IMG/VR virus record: IMGVR_UViG_3300044844_000854
Location: 40,575-104,574 of that record
Length of the DNA stretch: 64,000 nt
Source: a virus
Strand: one strand, 5' to 3'
Position numbers and translations under genes: made by a program. Numbering within the stretch: the first letter of the stretch is position 1; each line of letters begins with the position of its first letter. Below are positions 32,003 through 42,839 of this stretch, piece after piece. Under the pieces are notes generated by a model. The model was not told where the DNA came from and searched no databases. It was given only the letters and a program-made list of their open reading frames with translations.

Positions 32003-32609
32003 CAGTCAAGAAAAGAAATCATTGCTACTCTACCAACTTGATAGCGATAAATTAAAGAGTCGCTTTGAACAAGAGTATGCAACTAGAGATATTGATACTG
32101 TAAATCAAGAATTAGAAACAATCATTGATATTGCAAGCAGTCATTTCAAAAGATGTATTGAATTTCCAATCAATCTAAGATGCATTGAAGAAATTCATAC
32201 TATGGAACTTGATCGTGATTTCTATCGCACAAGTCAAAGTAAAACACACACTGATAACTTTTCTGAAGGTTATGATCTGTTTCTCTTTAGTATTGATCAA
32301 GTGCATTCATTCTCAGATGCTCATGGATTAAATCAATCAAGCTCATGGACTTCACCAATGTTAGAAACATTAAAGCTATATCGTTATGCAGTATCAACAC
32401 CTGAATGGCTAAATAGTTCATACCATTGTATTCTAGCTTTGGAAGTAAATGTTGGACTAAGAGAATTGACACAAATCATTATTGCTCACATTCATGGTTA
32501 TTCTACATGGTCATATATTACTGAAGATGAATTTAGTGATTTTGATTGTGTTGATGATATTCACAAAGAAGAACTACACCTTAGTGATGATATTGTGTTT
32601 GTCATTTAA
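31992..32609 (+). CDS. Hypothetical protein
   Basis: About 205 aa, overlapping the previous stop. Confidence 0.55.
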   Translation: MSLNSQEKKSLLLYQLDSDKLKSRFEQEYATRDIDTVNQELETIIDIASSHFKRCIEFPINLRCIEEIHTMELDRDFYRTSQSKTHTDNFSEGYDLFLFSIDQVHSFSDAHGLNQSSSWTSPMLETLKLYRYAVSTPEWLNSSYHCILALEVNVGLRELTQIIIAHIHGYSTWSYITEDEFSDFDCVDDIHKEELHLSDDIVFVI

Positions 32610-32979
32610 AGACTAAAAAAACGGAACATTAAAAACACTGTTAAAAACAAAGACACTAAACACCTTAGATTATATTTAAGGCAATAAACATCAATGATAA
32701 TTTATGATATAGGTTATCACAAAAACATACTTGGTATATGGTCAAGGTATCTTTTCCATTCGGTTTAAATACTTGTATATTAAATGGTTTGTAGATTATA
32801 AACTATTGAAATATATGATGATTTATAGATACAAAATATTTTGTAAAAGATATATACATATTACATATAGTATGCTATTCTATGACTACTGATTAAATGA
32901 ATGTGATTAAACACTAAATCGACATGATACATCACACTAGAAAATCAGTTTCTTTTCTCTCACTCTTAGGAGTAAAAAA

Positions 32980-33699
32980 ATGAGTTGGTATAATAACTCT
33001 GAACAAACTCAAGCAACCGATAAGGTAGGTCGCTTTCTCTTGATGCAAAACAATGGTGCTGAAATCACTTTCTTAGATGAAGCTACCGTAACCATTGATG
33101 GCAACACAGTCGCAACACCAATCAAATATGGTGAATACAGAATTCAAATTCCTTATGGTTTTATCACAAAATTACCAGATTCAAAGAGAATGTCTGCTGA
33201 AAACACCTTAGCTGCACTTGGTTTCAAAGAAGGTTGGAATAACTATGCTACATCAACACCTAGTTGCCCATTAAGCTCAATTGCCAAGCCATCAGCCGTT
33301 GCCGTATTTTCCGTAATCGACCACTCTTCTTGGACTAGCCCAAAAGGCAAAGTGTACAAAGACCTTGTTAAGTTGTTTGTCGTAAAGCGATCATCACCTA
33401 CTTGGGGTATCCTTCAAAAGCAACAGGAAAAACGTGGTGGCTCACTTCGTGGCTGTCGCTATTCTGTTGAACGAGTTGGTGACAAATCCCCAAGTGTCGG
33501 TAATGTCTTTGAATTTTTGGAAAAAGTAGATGCTACAAATCTTCCCAAAGCAGTCGATTATGGCAAGGTGCTTACACCAAAGAATGAATTTGAATTATCT
33601 AAATTGATCACTCTCTTAGGTGGTCAAGGTGCTGAAGATAATGAAGATGCTCACAATACCTTTGCAACAGATGATGATGATGGTGATGTGCCTTTTTAA
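32980..33699 (+). CDS. Single-stranded DNA-binding protein
   Basis: AVFSVIDH, KLFVVK and YSVERVGDK pattern of phage SSBs; acidic tail DDDDGDVPF; AGGAG RBS. Confidence 0.75.
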   Translation: MSWYNNSEQTQATDKVGRFLLMQNNGAEITFLDEATVTIDGNTVATPIKYGEYRIQIPYGFITKLPDSKRMSAENTLAALGFKEGWNNYATSTPSCPLSSIAKPSAVAVFSVIDHSSWTSPKGKVYKDLVKLFVVKRSSPTWGILQKQQEKRGGSLRGCRYSVERVGDKSPSVGNVFEFLEKVDATNLPKAVDYGKVLTPKNEFELSKLITLLGGQGAEDNEDAHNTFATDDDDGDVPF

Positions 33700-33743
33700 G
33701 TCATAATCCAATCAGCTCTCTCTCACGATTAACCCATAGAAAT

Positions 33744-33781
33744 AGGTGACTTGTCAATAAAATGATAGGTTGCCTTTTTTT
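33744..33781 (+). terminator. Rho-independent terminator after SSB
   Basis: AGGTGACTTGTCA-ataaaa-TGATAGGTTGCCT stem (with G-U pairs) followed by a T run. Confidence 0.7.
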
Positions 33782-33820
33782 ATATCTAGAAACTACCTTA
33801 AAAAAACGGAATAGTAAAAA

Positions 33821-34231
33821 ATGCCATATCCTAGATTACAGGTAAATGAAACAATATCTAAAAATAAAGAAAACCAAATACAAATCACTAAATGGGGATT
33901 TATTACAGATAACATTATCTATGGAACATTTAGCACAAAACACAAATACATGGATATTAGTCATTATTATTCACATGGTAATGGAATGTATCAAATTGTA
34001 ATGATAGCAGCTAAAGATAATCATAGTGAGAGTGTAGAATTACAAGTGCCAAATGAATACACAATTGAGAGTGTAAATTTTGTAGCACTAAAATGGGAAT
34101 ACCAAATCTATGTAATTGTATCTAGCAAGAACAATGAATTGAACTACAATTTAGCAGATAGCTTAGATATTGCATCATACTGTGATGATACCTTTAGTGA
34201 TGAAGAAATTGAAAAGATGAATAATAGGTAA
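33821..34231 (+). CDS. Hypothetical protein
   Basis: 136 aa, motif-associated start. Confidence 0.55.
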   Translation: MPYPRLQVNETISKNKENQIQITKWGFITDNIIYGTFSTKHKYMDISHYYSHGNGMYQIVMIAAKDNHSESVELQVPNEYTIESVNFVALKWEYQIYVIVSSKNNELNYNLADSLDIASYCDDTFSDEEIEKMNNR

Positions 34232-34361
34232 TTTACTGTTTTTCCATATAGCTAAGAAATACACCTTGACAAATAATTTTAAAAAGATATATATATAATA
34301 GCTTTTGCAAAAAAGCAACTGCGAATGCAGGATAACATTTAATTCTAGCTATGGAAAACAG

Positions 34362-35285
34362 ATGAAAAAAATTGATTTATTTAATGGTGGATATGTAGAA
34401 TTATTGCACCAATATGGAACTGAACTTGATGTAATCAATGTAGCTAAGGTGTCATTTGATAATTCAGCAAATGAATGGCAATCACCATCTATGGATAAGC
34501 TATTTAATTATTTATGGCAACATGGTCATACATCACCATTTAGACATGTATTTTTATCATTTAGAGTACATGCACCTATATCCATTGTAAGACAGTGGGA
34601 AAAATATCGTGTAGGATCACCAATAGATACACCAAGCAATGAAGTAAGTGGTCGCTATGTTGAACTAAAAGAAGAATTCTTTATCCCTAGCGAATGGCGA
34701 ATACAATCTAAGAGTAATAAGCAAGGCTCATTTGGATCACTACCTGAAGAATTACAGCAGCAGATAGATGAAAAAACCAATGATCACTATAAGAATTGCC
34801 ATGATTATTATGAAGAATTACTACAATCAGGTGTAGCTAAAGAACAAGCAAGATTTGTATTACCTAATGGATTATACACTACATTTATTTGGACACCATC
34901 TTTACAAGCATTGATGCATTTCCTTGAGCAAAGATTATCTCATGATGCCCAAAAGGAATTACAGGAATATGCCAAAGCAGTATATGAAATTGCTAAAACA
35001 ATCTATCCTAGATCAATGAATGTATTGTTAGATAAGATTGTGCCTAAGCACCACCATGTGATGACAATTCAAGAACAAAGTGTAGAAGAATTAAACCTTA
35101 TCCCAATTCTACATGAAGGCTACCAACTCTATGTAGAAAAAACGGAACTTGAAAAAATGGGTAAGAAAGAAACAAATAAGATAAGCCATATTATATATAA
35201 GATAGCTAAAGAAGATATAACTGCATATTGCTTAGGTAAAGACTTAAATCGCTTTAAAGAACATGGTTGGAAGGTTGTTGAATGA
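34362..35285 (+). CDS. thyX: FAD-dependent thymidylate synthase with C-terminal extension
   Basis: HGHTSPFRH, APISIVRQW, NEVSGRY, GVAKEQARFVLP, HFLEQRL..AQKE. Confidence 0.93.
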   Translation: MKKIDLFNGGYVELLHQYGTELDVINVAKVSFDNSANEWQSPSMDKLFNYLWQHGHTSPFRHVFLSFRVHAPISIVRQWEKYRVGSPIDTPSNEVSGRYVELKEEFFIPSEWRIQSKSNKQGSFGSLPEELQQQIDEKTNDHYKNCHDYYEELLQSGVAKEQARFVLPNGLYTTFIWTPSLQALMHFLEQRLSHDAQKELQEYAKAVYEIAKTIYPRSMNVLLDKIVPKHHHVMTIQEQSVEELNLIPILHEGYQLYVEKTELEKMGKKETNKISHIIYKIAKEDITAYCLGKDLNRFKEHGWKVVE

Positions 35286-35330
35286 TTGCTTAACTGATTA
35301 AAAATTGATTTTTCTTTTATTTTCTAGCTA

Positions 35331-35359
35331 TTTACACAATTCACTAAGATTACTATACT
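35331..35359 (+). promoter_or_regulatory. sigma70-type promoter with CACTAAGA spacer box
   Basis: TTTACA-17-TATACT, spacer contains CACTAAGA. Confidence 0.7.
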
Positions 35360-35417
35360 GATATTATCATTTGAAAATTGATGATTTCTTTAACCTATCA
35401 CTGCACAGGAAAATCAA

Positions 35418-35771
35418 ATGGTTGCACACGATAATGATCAAGAAGTTCTTTTACTTCAACCTAGCTATAATGCTCTTGAAAGTGTTTGCAAAACAACTGA
35501 TGGTGTTGCTTACATTGATCAAAGCTCTTTTATCCTTTACACAGCTTATAATGGCTCTGTCTCTCAAATGTCTTGGTGGTATTATGTTGTATCATACAGC
35601 ATCAATACAAAATCTTTAGGTCAATATGATCTCGAAATGGTTATTGATGCAGGTGCATTTGATGCTTATGTGGTTTACCAAAATGTTTCTCTAGCATTTG
35701 TTGCTGATTTTGTAAAAAATGAAGCCTCAAATCCATACAATAAAGAGGTATATCAACGAACTTTAGTATAA
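35418..35771 (+). CDS. Hypothetical protein
   Basis: AGGA RBS; has its own promoter and terminator. Confidence 0.6.
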   Translation: MVAHDNDQEVLLLQPSYNALESVCKTTDGVAYIDQSSFILYTAYNGSVSQMSWWYYVVSYSINTKSLGQYDLEMVIDAGAFDAYVVYQNVSLAFVADFVKNEASNPYNKEVYQRTLV

Positions 35772-35857
35772 AAAATGTATTCAGCTTATTAAATAATACT
35801 TGGCTATACTGATTAGCTTATATTTACCAAATAAGTAATTTTTAAATAAAAAATCTC

Positions 35858-35886
35858 AACCACTGACTTTTGTTGGTGGTTTTTTT
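35858..35886 (+). terminator. Rho-independent terminator
   Basis: AACCACTGAC-tttt-GTTGGTGGTT followed by T run. Confidence 0.75.
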
Positions 35887-35932
35887 ATACCTTATTTAGT
35901 AATACCTAGTAAAAATTATACTTATATAGAAC

Positions 35933-35961
35933 TATACCTATATCACTAAGATCACTATACT
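35933..35961 (+). promoter_or_regulatory. Promoter with CACTAAGA spacer box
   Basis: TATACC-17-TATACT; downstream (tgattttatcattttg) nearly identical to the 31428 and 35331 promoters. Confidence 0.6.
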
Positions 35962-36029
35962 GATTTTATCATTTTGATTGATCTATGAATGATCAATTTT
36001 TATCAACAACTTTTCAAAAGAGAACACAA

Positions 36030-36371
36030 ATGTACACTCTAGAAAAAACCTGTGGCATTTTGACCACCAAAAAAGAATTCTTAGCAGTAAAAAATGCTGA
36101 AACTATGGCATTCATCAAGCACAATTTTGAAACATTTGAAAGTGTATACCAAGAAGTCGCTTATGCTCAAAAGAACACAGATGGCACTTATCATGTAGAA
36201 ATCATTGCTTGTTGGGTATCTCATGGACCTACAAATAGCCTTGTTGCAGTAGAACCTGTAAGCAAATTACAAAATCCTGATTGTGAAAGAACTGTTGCAA
36301 ATGTAAAAGCTAAGTCACCTAAAGAAGCTATTCTATCTGTTGTTAAGCCCATTGTGTACAATCGTGGATAA
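36030..36371 (+). CDS. Hypothetical protein
   Basis: About 113 aa, monocistronic unit. Confidence 0.55.
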   Translation: MYTLEKTCGILTTKKEFLAVKNAETMAFIKHNFETFESVYQEVAYAQKNTDGTYHVEIIACWVSHGPTNSLVAVEPVSKLQNPDCERTVANVKAKSPKEAILSVVKPIVYNRG

Positions 36372-36440
36372 ATAGTAATTCACTTAGCATTGCTAATCTA
36401 TTGTGATGCTTACCATTATCTAGCAACCAAATATTAGACG

Positions 36441-36468
36441 ACCCCCTGATTATATTGGGGGTTTTTTT
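36441..36468 (+). terminator. Rho-independent terminator
   Basis: ACCCCCTGA-ttata-TTGGGGGT followed by T run. Confidence 0.75.
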
Positions 36469-36577
36469 ATACCTAGAATTTAAATAAAAATGACAGTGTT
36501 TTACATTTATCATATAGAATGATATACTTATTATATCAAAAACCAACCACCACCGAAAAAACGGAGGATTACAAAAG

Positions 36578-38488
36578 GTGATCAACAAACTAAAGAAAAC
36601 AATCATCTCTAGTGATACTGATTTACAATTACTAGAAGATGAACTATCAAGCTATGATACATATTGCTTTGATACAGAAACAACAAATGATAATGGTGAT
36701 GGTCTTGCATTTAATCGTTATATGTTTGGTTGCTCTATTGCAGTTAAACACAATGATAGGTGGAAAGGCTATTACATTTCTGTAAGACACAAAACTAACA
36801 ATCAAGTTAGCTTATTTGATAACAATCATTGTGAGAATTGCACACCTGAGAAAGTATCTAAAACAATACAAAATCTACTAAGCAATAAGCGAGTGATTAT
36901 TCACAATAGCCAATTTGAACGAGGTGTATTCAAAAACGAAAACATTGACTATAGCACCTTTAACATCATTGACACACTACCTTTAGCATGGTTACTTGAT
37001 CCTGAGAGGGAAGGTGGCAATGGTCTTAAAAATCTTGTTAAGCAACAACTCAAATATAAAATGACAGAGTTTTCTGCATTCAAAGAGTTTAAAGATGCAA
37101 GCCTAGCACCACAATCTACTATGTCTTTATATGCCGTAGACGATGTTGTTCAATTAGGTAAGCTATATGACAAACTATATCCTATGCTACTTAAAGATAG
37201 CCGTATGGCTAAAATATATCACGAGATATACCTAGAGTTAGTTAGCATCGCTTTTGAGATGCACTATGAAGGCATTGAAGTAGATACAGAAAAACTATCT
37301 TCACTTGCAAATGTTTGGGATATTGAATGTAGACAAATTGAACAAACAATCAAAGATAGTGTTAGACCAATGCTAAGCGACTCAGACATATCTGTGGATA
37401 AATTAAATATGGGTAGCTCTAAGCAACTATCCGAATTATTTATAGATACCTTGTGCCTATGGCAACCACTAGAGAATGATCGTGGTGGTAATGGTAGCTG
37501 GTCAACTGCTACAGATAATCTTAAAACATGGACAAAATCAAAATCTACACCTTTAGGTAAAGAGATTGCTACACATATTTTAAGACATCGTGAAATATCC
37601 AAACTATGCTCTACCTATGCAGAGCCACTTGCACAACTTGGTAATAGTGATGTAAGAAAGCGAATACATTGCTCACTTAATCCAATAGGCACAGCGACAG
37701 GTAGATTTTCCTGTACCAACCCCAACCTACAAACCATTCCTAGTAAATCCAAAGATGGTAAAATTATTAGAGAATGTTTTGTTGCTCAAAAAGGGTATAA
37801 GCTAATAGGTTGTGACTATTCACAAATTGAGCTTAGATTACTTGCACATTTCACTAAATCTAAACCACTTGTAGATGCATATCATGATGGTAAAGATGTA
37901 CATTCTGCCACTGCAAGTTCCATATTTCAAATACCTATTGATCAAGTAGATGAACAGAAGAGAAGAATTGGTAAAGGTATTAACTTTGCACTTATCTATG
38001 GTCAAGGTCCACGAGCCCTTGCAGAAAGTGTAGGTGTATCTGAGAGTGATGCAAAATTGTTTATCCAAAGATACTTTGACAATGTTAAAGGTGTTAAGGA
38101 ATGGAAATCATCTTATATAGAAGAATGTAGATCAAACCTAAACACTAAAACAATCTTAGGTAGAACACGATTATTGCCTGAATTTACAACTAAAGATCGT
38201 GAATTGGTAGCAAGAGCAGAAAGAGTATCTGTAAATACTCGTATTCAAGGTAGTGCAGCAGATTTGTGTAATTTAGCTATTCGTAATTTTTATCGTAAGC
38301 TACAAGAGTTAAAGATTGATGCAAAACTTCTCTTACAGGTACATGATGAAATCGTTGTAGAGTGTCGTGAAGATATTGTAGAGTATGTTAAGGATTTACT
38401 TGTAGACACAATGCAGAGTGTTGTTAAACTAGAAGTGCCACTTATAGCTGATCCTGCTATTGGTAATAATCTAAGAGAAACAAAATAA
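36578..38488 (+). CDS. polA: Family A DNA polymerase (3'-5' exonuclease plus polymerase, no 5'-3' exonuclease)
   Basis: FDTETT exo I, TATGRFSCTNPNLQ, DYSQIELRLLAH, KGINFALIYG, IQGSAAD, LQVHDE. Confidence 0.96.
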   Translation: MINKLKKTIISSDTDLQLLEDELSSYDTYCFDTETTNDNGDGLAFNRYMFGCSIAVKHNDRWKGYYISVRHKTNNQVSLFDNNHCENCTPEKVSKTIQNLLSNKRVIIHNSQFERGVFKNENIDYSTFNIIDTLPLAWLLDPEREGGNGLKNLVKQQLKYKMTEFSAFKEFKDASLAPQSTMSLYAVDDVVQLGKLYDKLYPMLLKDSRMAKIYHEIYLELVSIAFEMHYEGIEVDTEKLSSLANVWDIECRQIEQTIKDSVRPMLSDSDISVDKLNMGSSKQLSELFIDTLCLWQPLENDRGGNGSWSTATDNLKTWTKSKSTPLGKEIATHILRHREISKLCSTYAEPLAQLGNSDVRKRIHCSLNPIGTATGRFSCTNPNLQTIPSKSKDGKIIRECFVAQKGYKLIGCDYSQIELRLLAHFTKSKPLVDAYHDGKDVHSATASSIFQIPIDQVDEQKRRIGKGINFALIYGQGPRALAESVGVSESDAKLFIQRYFDNVKGVKEWKSSYIEECRSNLNTKTILGRTRLLPEFTTKDRELVARAERVSVNTRIQGSAADLCNLAIRNFYRKLQELKIDAKLLLQVHDEIVVECREDIVEYVKDLLVDTMQSVVKLEVPLIADPAIGNNLRETK

Positions 38489-38570
38489 TATAATCTAAGA
38501 TAAGTGTTTAATAAATAAGGAAAAACTGATATAATAGGTATTGCAAAAAAGATACCTTTAAGGAGCTTAA

Positions 38571-39881
38571 ATGAATACAACAGGCATGATATGTATGGCA
38601 AAAAACGGAATGTTAAAAAAAGATTTAGATAAGATCAAAAAAGACTTAACATTCATAGACTATACAGATGAACAATTTCCACAATATAAGCTATATATAG
38701 ATACAAGTGATTTTATTTATATACCTAGAGGATATGATGATTTTAAATACTACCAAGTAGAAAGCATAGACATACCAAACACTATGCAAGAAAAAACGGA
38801 ATTTAAAATCACCCTTAGAGAATATCAAAATAAAGCAGTAGATACACTATATGAAAATGTAATAGCTAAAGGTGGTGCAACTCTTATAGGTGGTTGTGGT
38901 ACAGGTAAAACAATTATGGGAATTGCAACTGCTATGAGAATAAAACATAAAACTTGTATCTTAGTGCATAAAGAGTTTTTGATTGAACAATGGATTGAAC
39001 GAATAGAGATGTCATGCTCAAATTGTAAGATAGGAATATGGCAACAAGATAAAATACCTGATGATGATTGTGATTTTGTAATAGCAATGGTGCAATCTCT
39101 ATATGCTAGAACATATCCAAGTGAAGTATATGATAGATTTGATTTGGTAATTACAGATGAAGTCCATAGGTTTTCTGCACCTACATGGCAAAACATTATT
39201 AGTAATTTTAAAGCTAGGTATAGAATAGGACTTACTGCCACACCCAATAGAAGAGATGGATTACAAGAAATATTTTACAATCATATAGGGAAATCTGTAT
39301 ATGAAATTCAAGGCACACTATTACAACCAACAATCTTTAGGTATGAAACTAAGATAGGGATAGCAATCAATAAATACACTGATTTTAAAGGTGGATTAAA
39401 CAATGCTAAACTACTTACAATCCTAGCAGAAAATAAAGATAGAAATACACAAATAGCAACACTACTTACCAATGCAAAAAAACGGAATAGGAAAATACTA
39501 TTATTATCAGATAGAATAACAATGCTAGATAACTTACTAGATATACTTACAGGTGGTATAGGTGAAACAGAAGATGTAAGGAAATATGTAGGTGGATTAT
39601 CTAGTAATGAGCGAGAACAAGCAAGTAAAGCTAAAATCATACTTGCCACTTATGGTATGGCACAGGAAGGACTTGATATTCCTGATATTGATACACTATT
39701 TCTAGCTACACCTAAAGCAGATGTTGTGCAAGCAGTAGGTAGAATATTAAGACCACACCCTGATAAACTTGAGCCTATTGTTATGGATTTTGTAGATCAT
39801 ACACCACTAACCTATGCTTTATACAAGAAGAGGAAAACAATGTATGAAACTAGCAACTATCTTATAAGAGATTATAAATGA
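38571..39881 (+). CDS. Superfamily 2 DExH helicase (UvsW-like)
   Basis: LREYQ, GCGTGKT, ITDEVH, GLTATP, EGLDIP, QAVGRILR. Confidence 0.93.
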   Translation: MNTTGMICMAKNGMLKKDLDKIKKDLTFIDYTDEQFPQYKLYIDTSDFIYIPRGYDDFKYYQVESIDIPNTMQEKTEFKITLREYQNKAVDTLYENVIAKGGATLIGGCGTGKTIMGIATAMRIKHKTCILVHKEFLIEQWIERIEMSCSNCKIGIWQQDKIPDDDCDFVIAMVQSLYARTYPSEVYDRFDLVITDEVHRFSAPTWQNIISNFKARYRIGLTATPNRRDGLQEIFYNHIGKSVYEIQGTLLQPTIFRYETKIGIAINKYTDFKGGLNNAKLLTILAENKDRNTQIATLLTNAKKRNRKILLLSDRITMLDNLLDILTGGIGETEDVRKYVGGLSSNEREQASKAKIILATYGMAQEGLDIPDIDTLFLATPKADVVQAVGRILRPHPDKLEPIVMDFVDHTPLTYALYKKRKTMYETSNYLIRDYK

Positions 39882-39922
39882 CTATGCTTAAATAAAAACA
39901 TATATAAATAAAATCATAGCAC

Positions 39923-39951
39923 TTGAAAACTGATACTAAGTATGCTATTCT
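39923..39951 (+). promoter_or_regulatory. sigma70-type promoter with ACTAAG spacer box
   Basis: TTGAAA-17-TATTCT, extended TG. Confidence 0.55.
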
Positions 39952-40042
39952 TTTACTATATGAATTTGATTAACTGATTAACTTTTCTTATGTGATCACT
40001 TTCATAGAAAACAACAACAACAAAAACATTAGGAGTAGCCAA

Positions 40043-40501
40043 ATGGCAGAACTAATTCTTGCAAATGACTTGCCACAACCAAGCAGTATCGTGGCTAAAT
40101 TGCTCAAAATCAAGGTACTCAAGGATCAACTCGATCAACTCGAAGAAGAACTTAGAGCAGAATACAAATCAACAAATCCACCTAAGAAACAACAAACATC
40201 TTCAGGTGAAATCAGTGTTACAGAAACCCAAAGGCTCACATTCAACAATGATTTAGTATTAGCAGTTGCAACTGCAAAAGGCATTGATCCATGTGTTCTT
40301 GGTGAATTTGCTTTTAAGGCTGATGAAAAGAAAATCCAAGCAAGTATTTCTGCAGGCTTAATTACAAACGAAGAATTGAGTGGTGCCGTAAAAATTAGCA
40401 CCTTCGATAGATTCACCATCAAGCCAACTGAAAATGTTGTAAGTAGTCTTTCTGTACAAGCTAAATCTGTTTTATTACAGTTAGCATCTGAAAAGATTTA
40501 A
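40043..40501 (+). CDS. Hypothetical phage protein
   Basis: AGGAG RBS before ATG 40043; coiled coil then beta/alpha region. Confidence 0.6.
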   Translation: MAELILANDLPQPSSIVAKLLKIKVLKDQLDQLEEELRAEYKSTNPPKKQQTSSGEISVTETQRLTFNNDLVLAVATAKGIDPCVLGEFAFKADEKKIQASISAGLITNEELSGAVKISTFDRFTIKPTENVVSSLSVQAKSVLLQLASEKI

Positions 40502-40566
40502 GTGTTCTGCATAGGTTTTTCTTCTACCAAGCACTACAATCACTTAAAAAAACGGAGTATTACAAA

Positions 40567-41265
40567 ATGGTAGTAGAAAAACCAATCCAACCAATCCAGC
40601 CACAAACAGTTAAAAATCCTGTGTTCTTTGAAGATGATGCACCTATTACTTCTATAGAAAAAGATAGCATTAAGAAGAAACAAAATTCTGCTTATTTTAG
40701 ATCCTACTATTTGAAGAATAAAGAGAAAATCCTACAAAGAAGAAAACACAGGTACTTAAACGACCCTGATTATAGAGAAATCATTCAAAGGTCTAAAGAG
40801 TTTGCTAAACTAAGAAACCTTGAAGTATCAAATAATCTAGAGTCTACTACTATTTCCCCTGTTGCTACAGGTAATCCACTTGCAAATAGAGCTAAGAAAC
40901 TCAAAATCAAATCACCTACTTTAGGTGAGGCTGTTGTCAAATTCTTAACGATTGGGCAACTTGCAGAGGCTATTGGCATTGCTGTGGCTACTTGTAGAAA
41001 ATGGGAACGAATGAATATTTTACCCCCTAGCAATTATCGAAATGAAGGTGGTCATAGATTATACTCTATTGATCAAGCACAACTTGCTACTGATATTTAT
41101 CATAAGCACCTAAATAAATTTGCAGATAAATGTGAAAAATGGCGATTGACAGAAGATTTTCAAAAAGAACTCTTTGACTCTTGGCAATCTTTACATATGG
41201 GGGTAAATCCAAATCGCTTTAAGCACACTGATCTATCTAAGCTAAACGATGCTTTAGATGAATAA
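40567..41265 (+). CDS. MerR-type HTH DNA-binding protein
   Basis: TIGQLAEAIGIAVATCRKWERMNILP...RNEGGHRLYS. Confidence 0.85.
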   Translation: MVVEKPIQPIQPQTVKNPVFFEDDAPITSIEKDSIKKKQNSAYFRSYYLKNKEKILQRRKHRYLNDPDYREIIQRSKEFAKLRNLEVSNNLESTTISPVATGNPLANRAKKLKIKSPTLGEAVVKFLTIGQLAEAIGIAVATCRKWERMNILPPSNYRNEGGHRLYSIDQAQLATDIYHKHLNKFADKCEKWRLTEDFQKELFDSWQSLHMGVNPNRFKHTDLSKLNDALDE

Positions 41266-41290
41266 ACAACACACTAAACAAGGATATACC

Positions 41291-41563
41291 ATGACAACAG
41301 GTAAATCTTGGGTACAAGTAGGCGATAAAGCCGAACAAAAGACAATCCCAAACGAACAAATCAGCACACCAGCTACAATCACTGTATCTTCAGGTATCAC
41401 ACTCAATCTTGGCAACTATGAGTCACTTAGAGTAGATGTTGGTATCTCTTTACCATGCAAACCTACTAAGAAAGATGTAGAAGAAACTTATACTAAAGCA
41501 TTGCAATTTGTAGAAGAAAAACTTGCTGAACAGGTAGCTGAAATCAAATCAAATAAGAAGTAA
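41291..41563 (+). CDS. Conserved phage hypothetical protein
   Basis: TLNLGNYESLRVDV motif; AAGGA RBS. Confidence 0.6.
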   Translation: MTTGKSWVQVGDKAEQKTIPNEQISTPATITVSSGITLNLGNYESLRVDVGISLPCKPTKKDVEETYTKALQFVEEKLAEQVAEIKSNKK

Positions 41564-41571
41564 TATAATTA

Positions 41572-41600
41572 TTGACAAGTAAGTACATATCAAGTATGAT
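41572..41600 (+). promoter_or_regulatory. sigma70-type promoter upstream of recA
   Basis: TTGACA-17-TATGAT. Confidence 0.7.
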
Positions 41601-41639
41601 AAATAGCCAACTATGAAATAGACAAACAAAGGCTATTAA

Positions 41640-42839
41640 ATGATGTTTAAAAAACCAAATAAAACGGATGTAGAAAAAACAACAGAAACTACACCTAAAC
41701 CAATCGAAACAAAGACAAGTGATACTTTTAATTCTTTATTGAAAGACATCAACAAGAGATATGGTGGAATGACTATTGTAAATGCTAAAACAAGTGCAGT
41801 ACTCAATAGAAGAAATCGTATCAAAACAGGGATATTTGCATTTGATCTTGCTTTAGGTGGTGGAATACCAACAGGCACAATCACTACAATCAAAGGTGAA
41901 TATTCAAGTGGTAAATCTGCAATTTCACATAAGATTGCATCTGCATTTCAAAGAGTGTGTAGAAATTGTGGTAATCCATTAGAAGAATGGAATGAAAGTA
42001 AAATGCAAGCTAAACTCATTCACTGTTGTGATCAACCTGAAAGAATGAGAGTTGTATGGTTTGATGCAGAAGGCTCATTTGATAATAATTGGGCATCTCG
42101 TCTTGGTATGCATTTAGATAGCACATTTGTTATTCGTACTGAATTTGCAGAACAAGGGATTGATGTTGCTGACACTGTTCTTAGATCAGGTGATTGTGAT
42201 TTACTTGTATTAGATAGTGTTGCACAACTTACACCATCTACAGAAATTGAAAATTCTGCTGAGAAATGGCAACAAGGATTACTTGCAAGACTAATGAATA
42301 AGGCTATGCGAAAATGGGTATCTGCTCAAAATGCAGGCTCACTTAATCGAGCATACTCACCTACAATTTTACTAATCAATCAAGTAAGATTAAACATTGG
42401 TGTAATGTATGGAAATCCTGAAACATCACCAGGTGGTAAGGGTATTGAATTTGCATCATCTGTTATTCTTAGGTGTAAGAGAAAAGGCTACAAGATGAAT
42501 AATGTTGATATGCCTATCGGACATGAGATGGAAATTGCAATTCAAAAAAATAAGACTGCACCACCTAACAGATCATGTGAGCTTACAATCCATATTCAAA
42601 ATGCAGACAATTACAGAGCAGGCTCTACTGATGAAATTGCTCAAGTGATTGCTCATGCTGAAAAATGGGGTGTGATTGAACGAAAAGGTGCTTGGTATCA
42701 ACTGTCTAAAGATCATAAAGCACAAGGGATTGAACAATCATCTATTCTTTTAGCTGAAACACCTGCATTACTACAAGCAATCAAAGATGCAACATGGCAA
42801 GCAGAAATGAAATACTTAGGTAATATTGACGATGAGTGA
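41640..42839 (+). CDS. recA: RecA/UvsX recombinase with Cys-rich insertion
   Basis: FDLALGGGIP, GEYSSGKS, FDAEG, VLDSVAQL, ARLMNKAMRK, INQVR, ETSPGG, KNKTAPP, KGAWY. Confidence 0.95.
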   Translation: MMFKKPNKTDVEKTTETTPKPIETKTSDTFNSLLKDINKRYGGMTIVNAKTSAVLNRRNRIKTGIFAFDLALGGGIPTGTITTIKGEYSSGKSAISHKIASAFQRVCRNCGNPLEEWNESKMQAKLIHCCDQPERMRVVWFDAEGSFDNNWASRLGMHLDSTFVIRTEFAEQGIDVADTVLRSGDCDLLVLDSVAQLTPSTEIENSAEKWQQGLLARLMNKAMRKWVSAQNAGSLNRAYSPTILLINQVRLNIGVMYGNPETSPGGKGIEFASSVILRCKRKGYKMNNVDMPIGHEMEIAIQKNKTAPPNRSCELTIHIQNADNYRAGSTDEIAQVIAHAEKWGVIERKGAWYQLSKDHKAQGIEQSSILLAETPALLQAIKDATWQAEMKYLGNIDDE

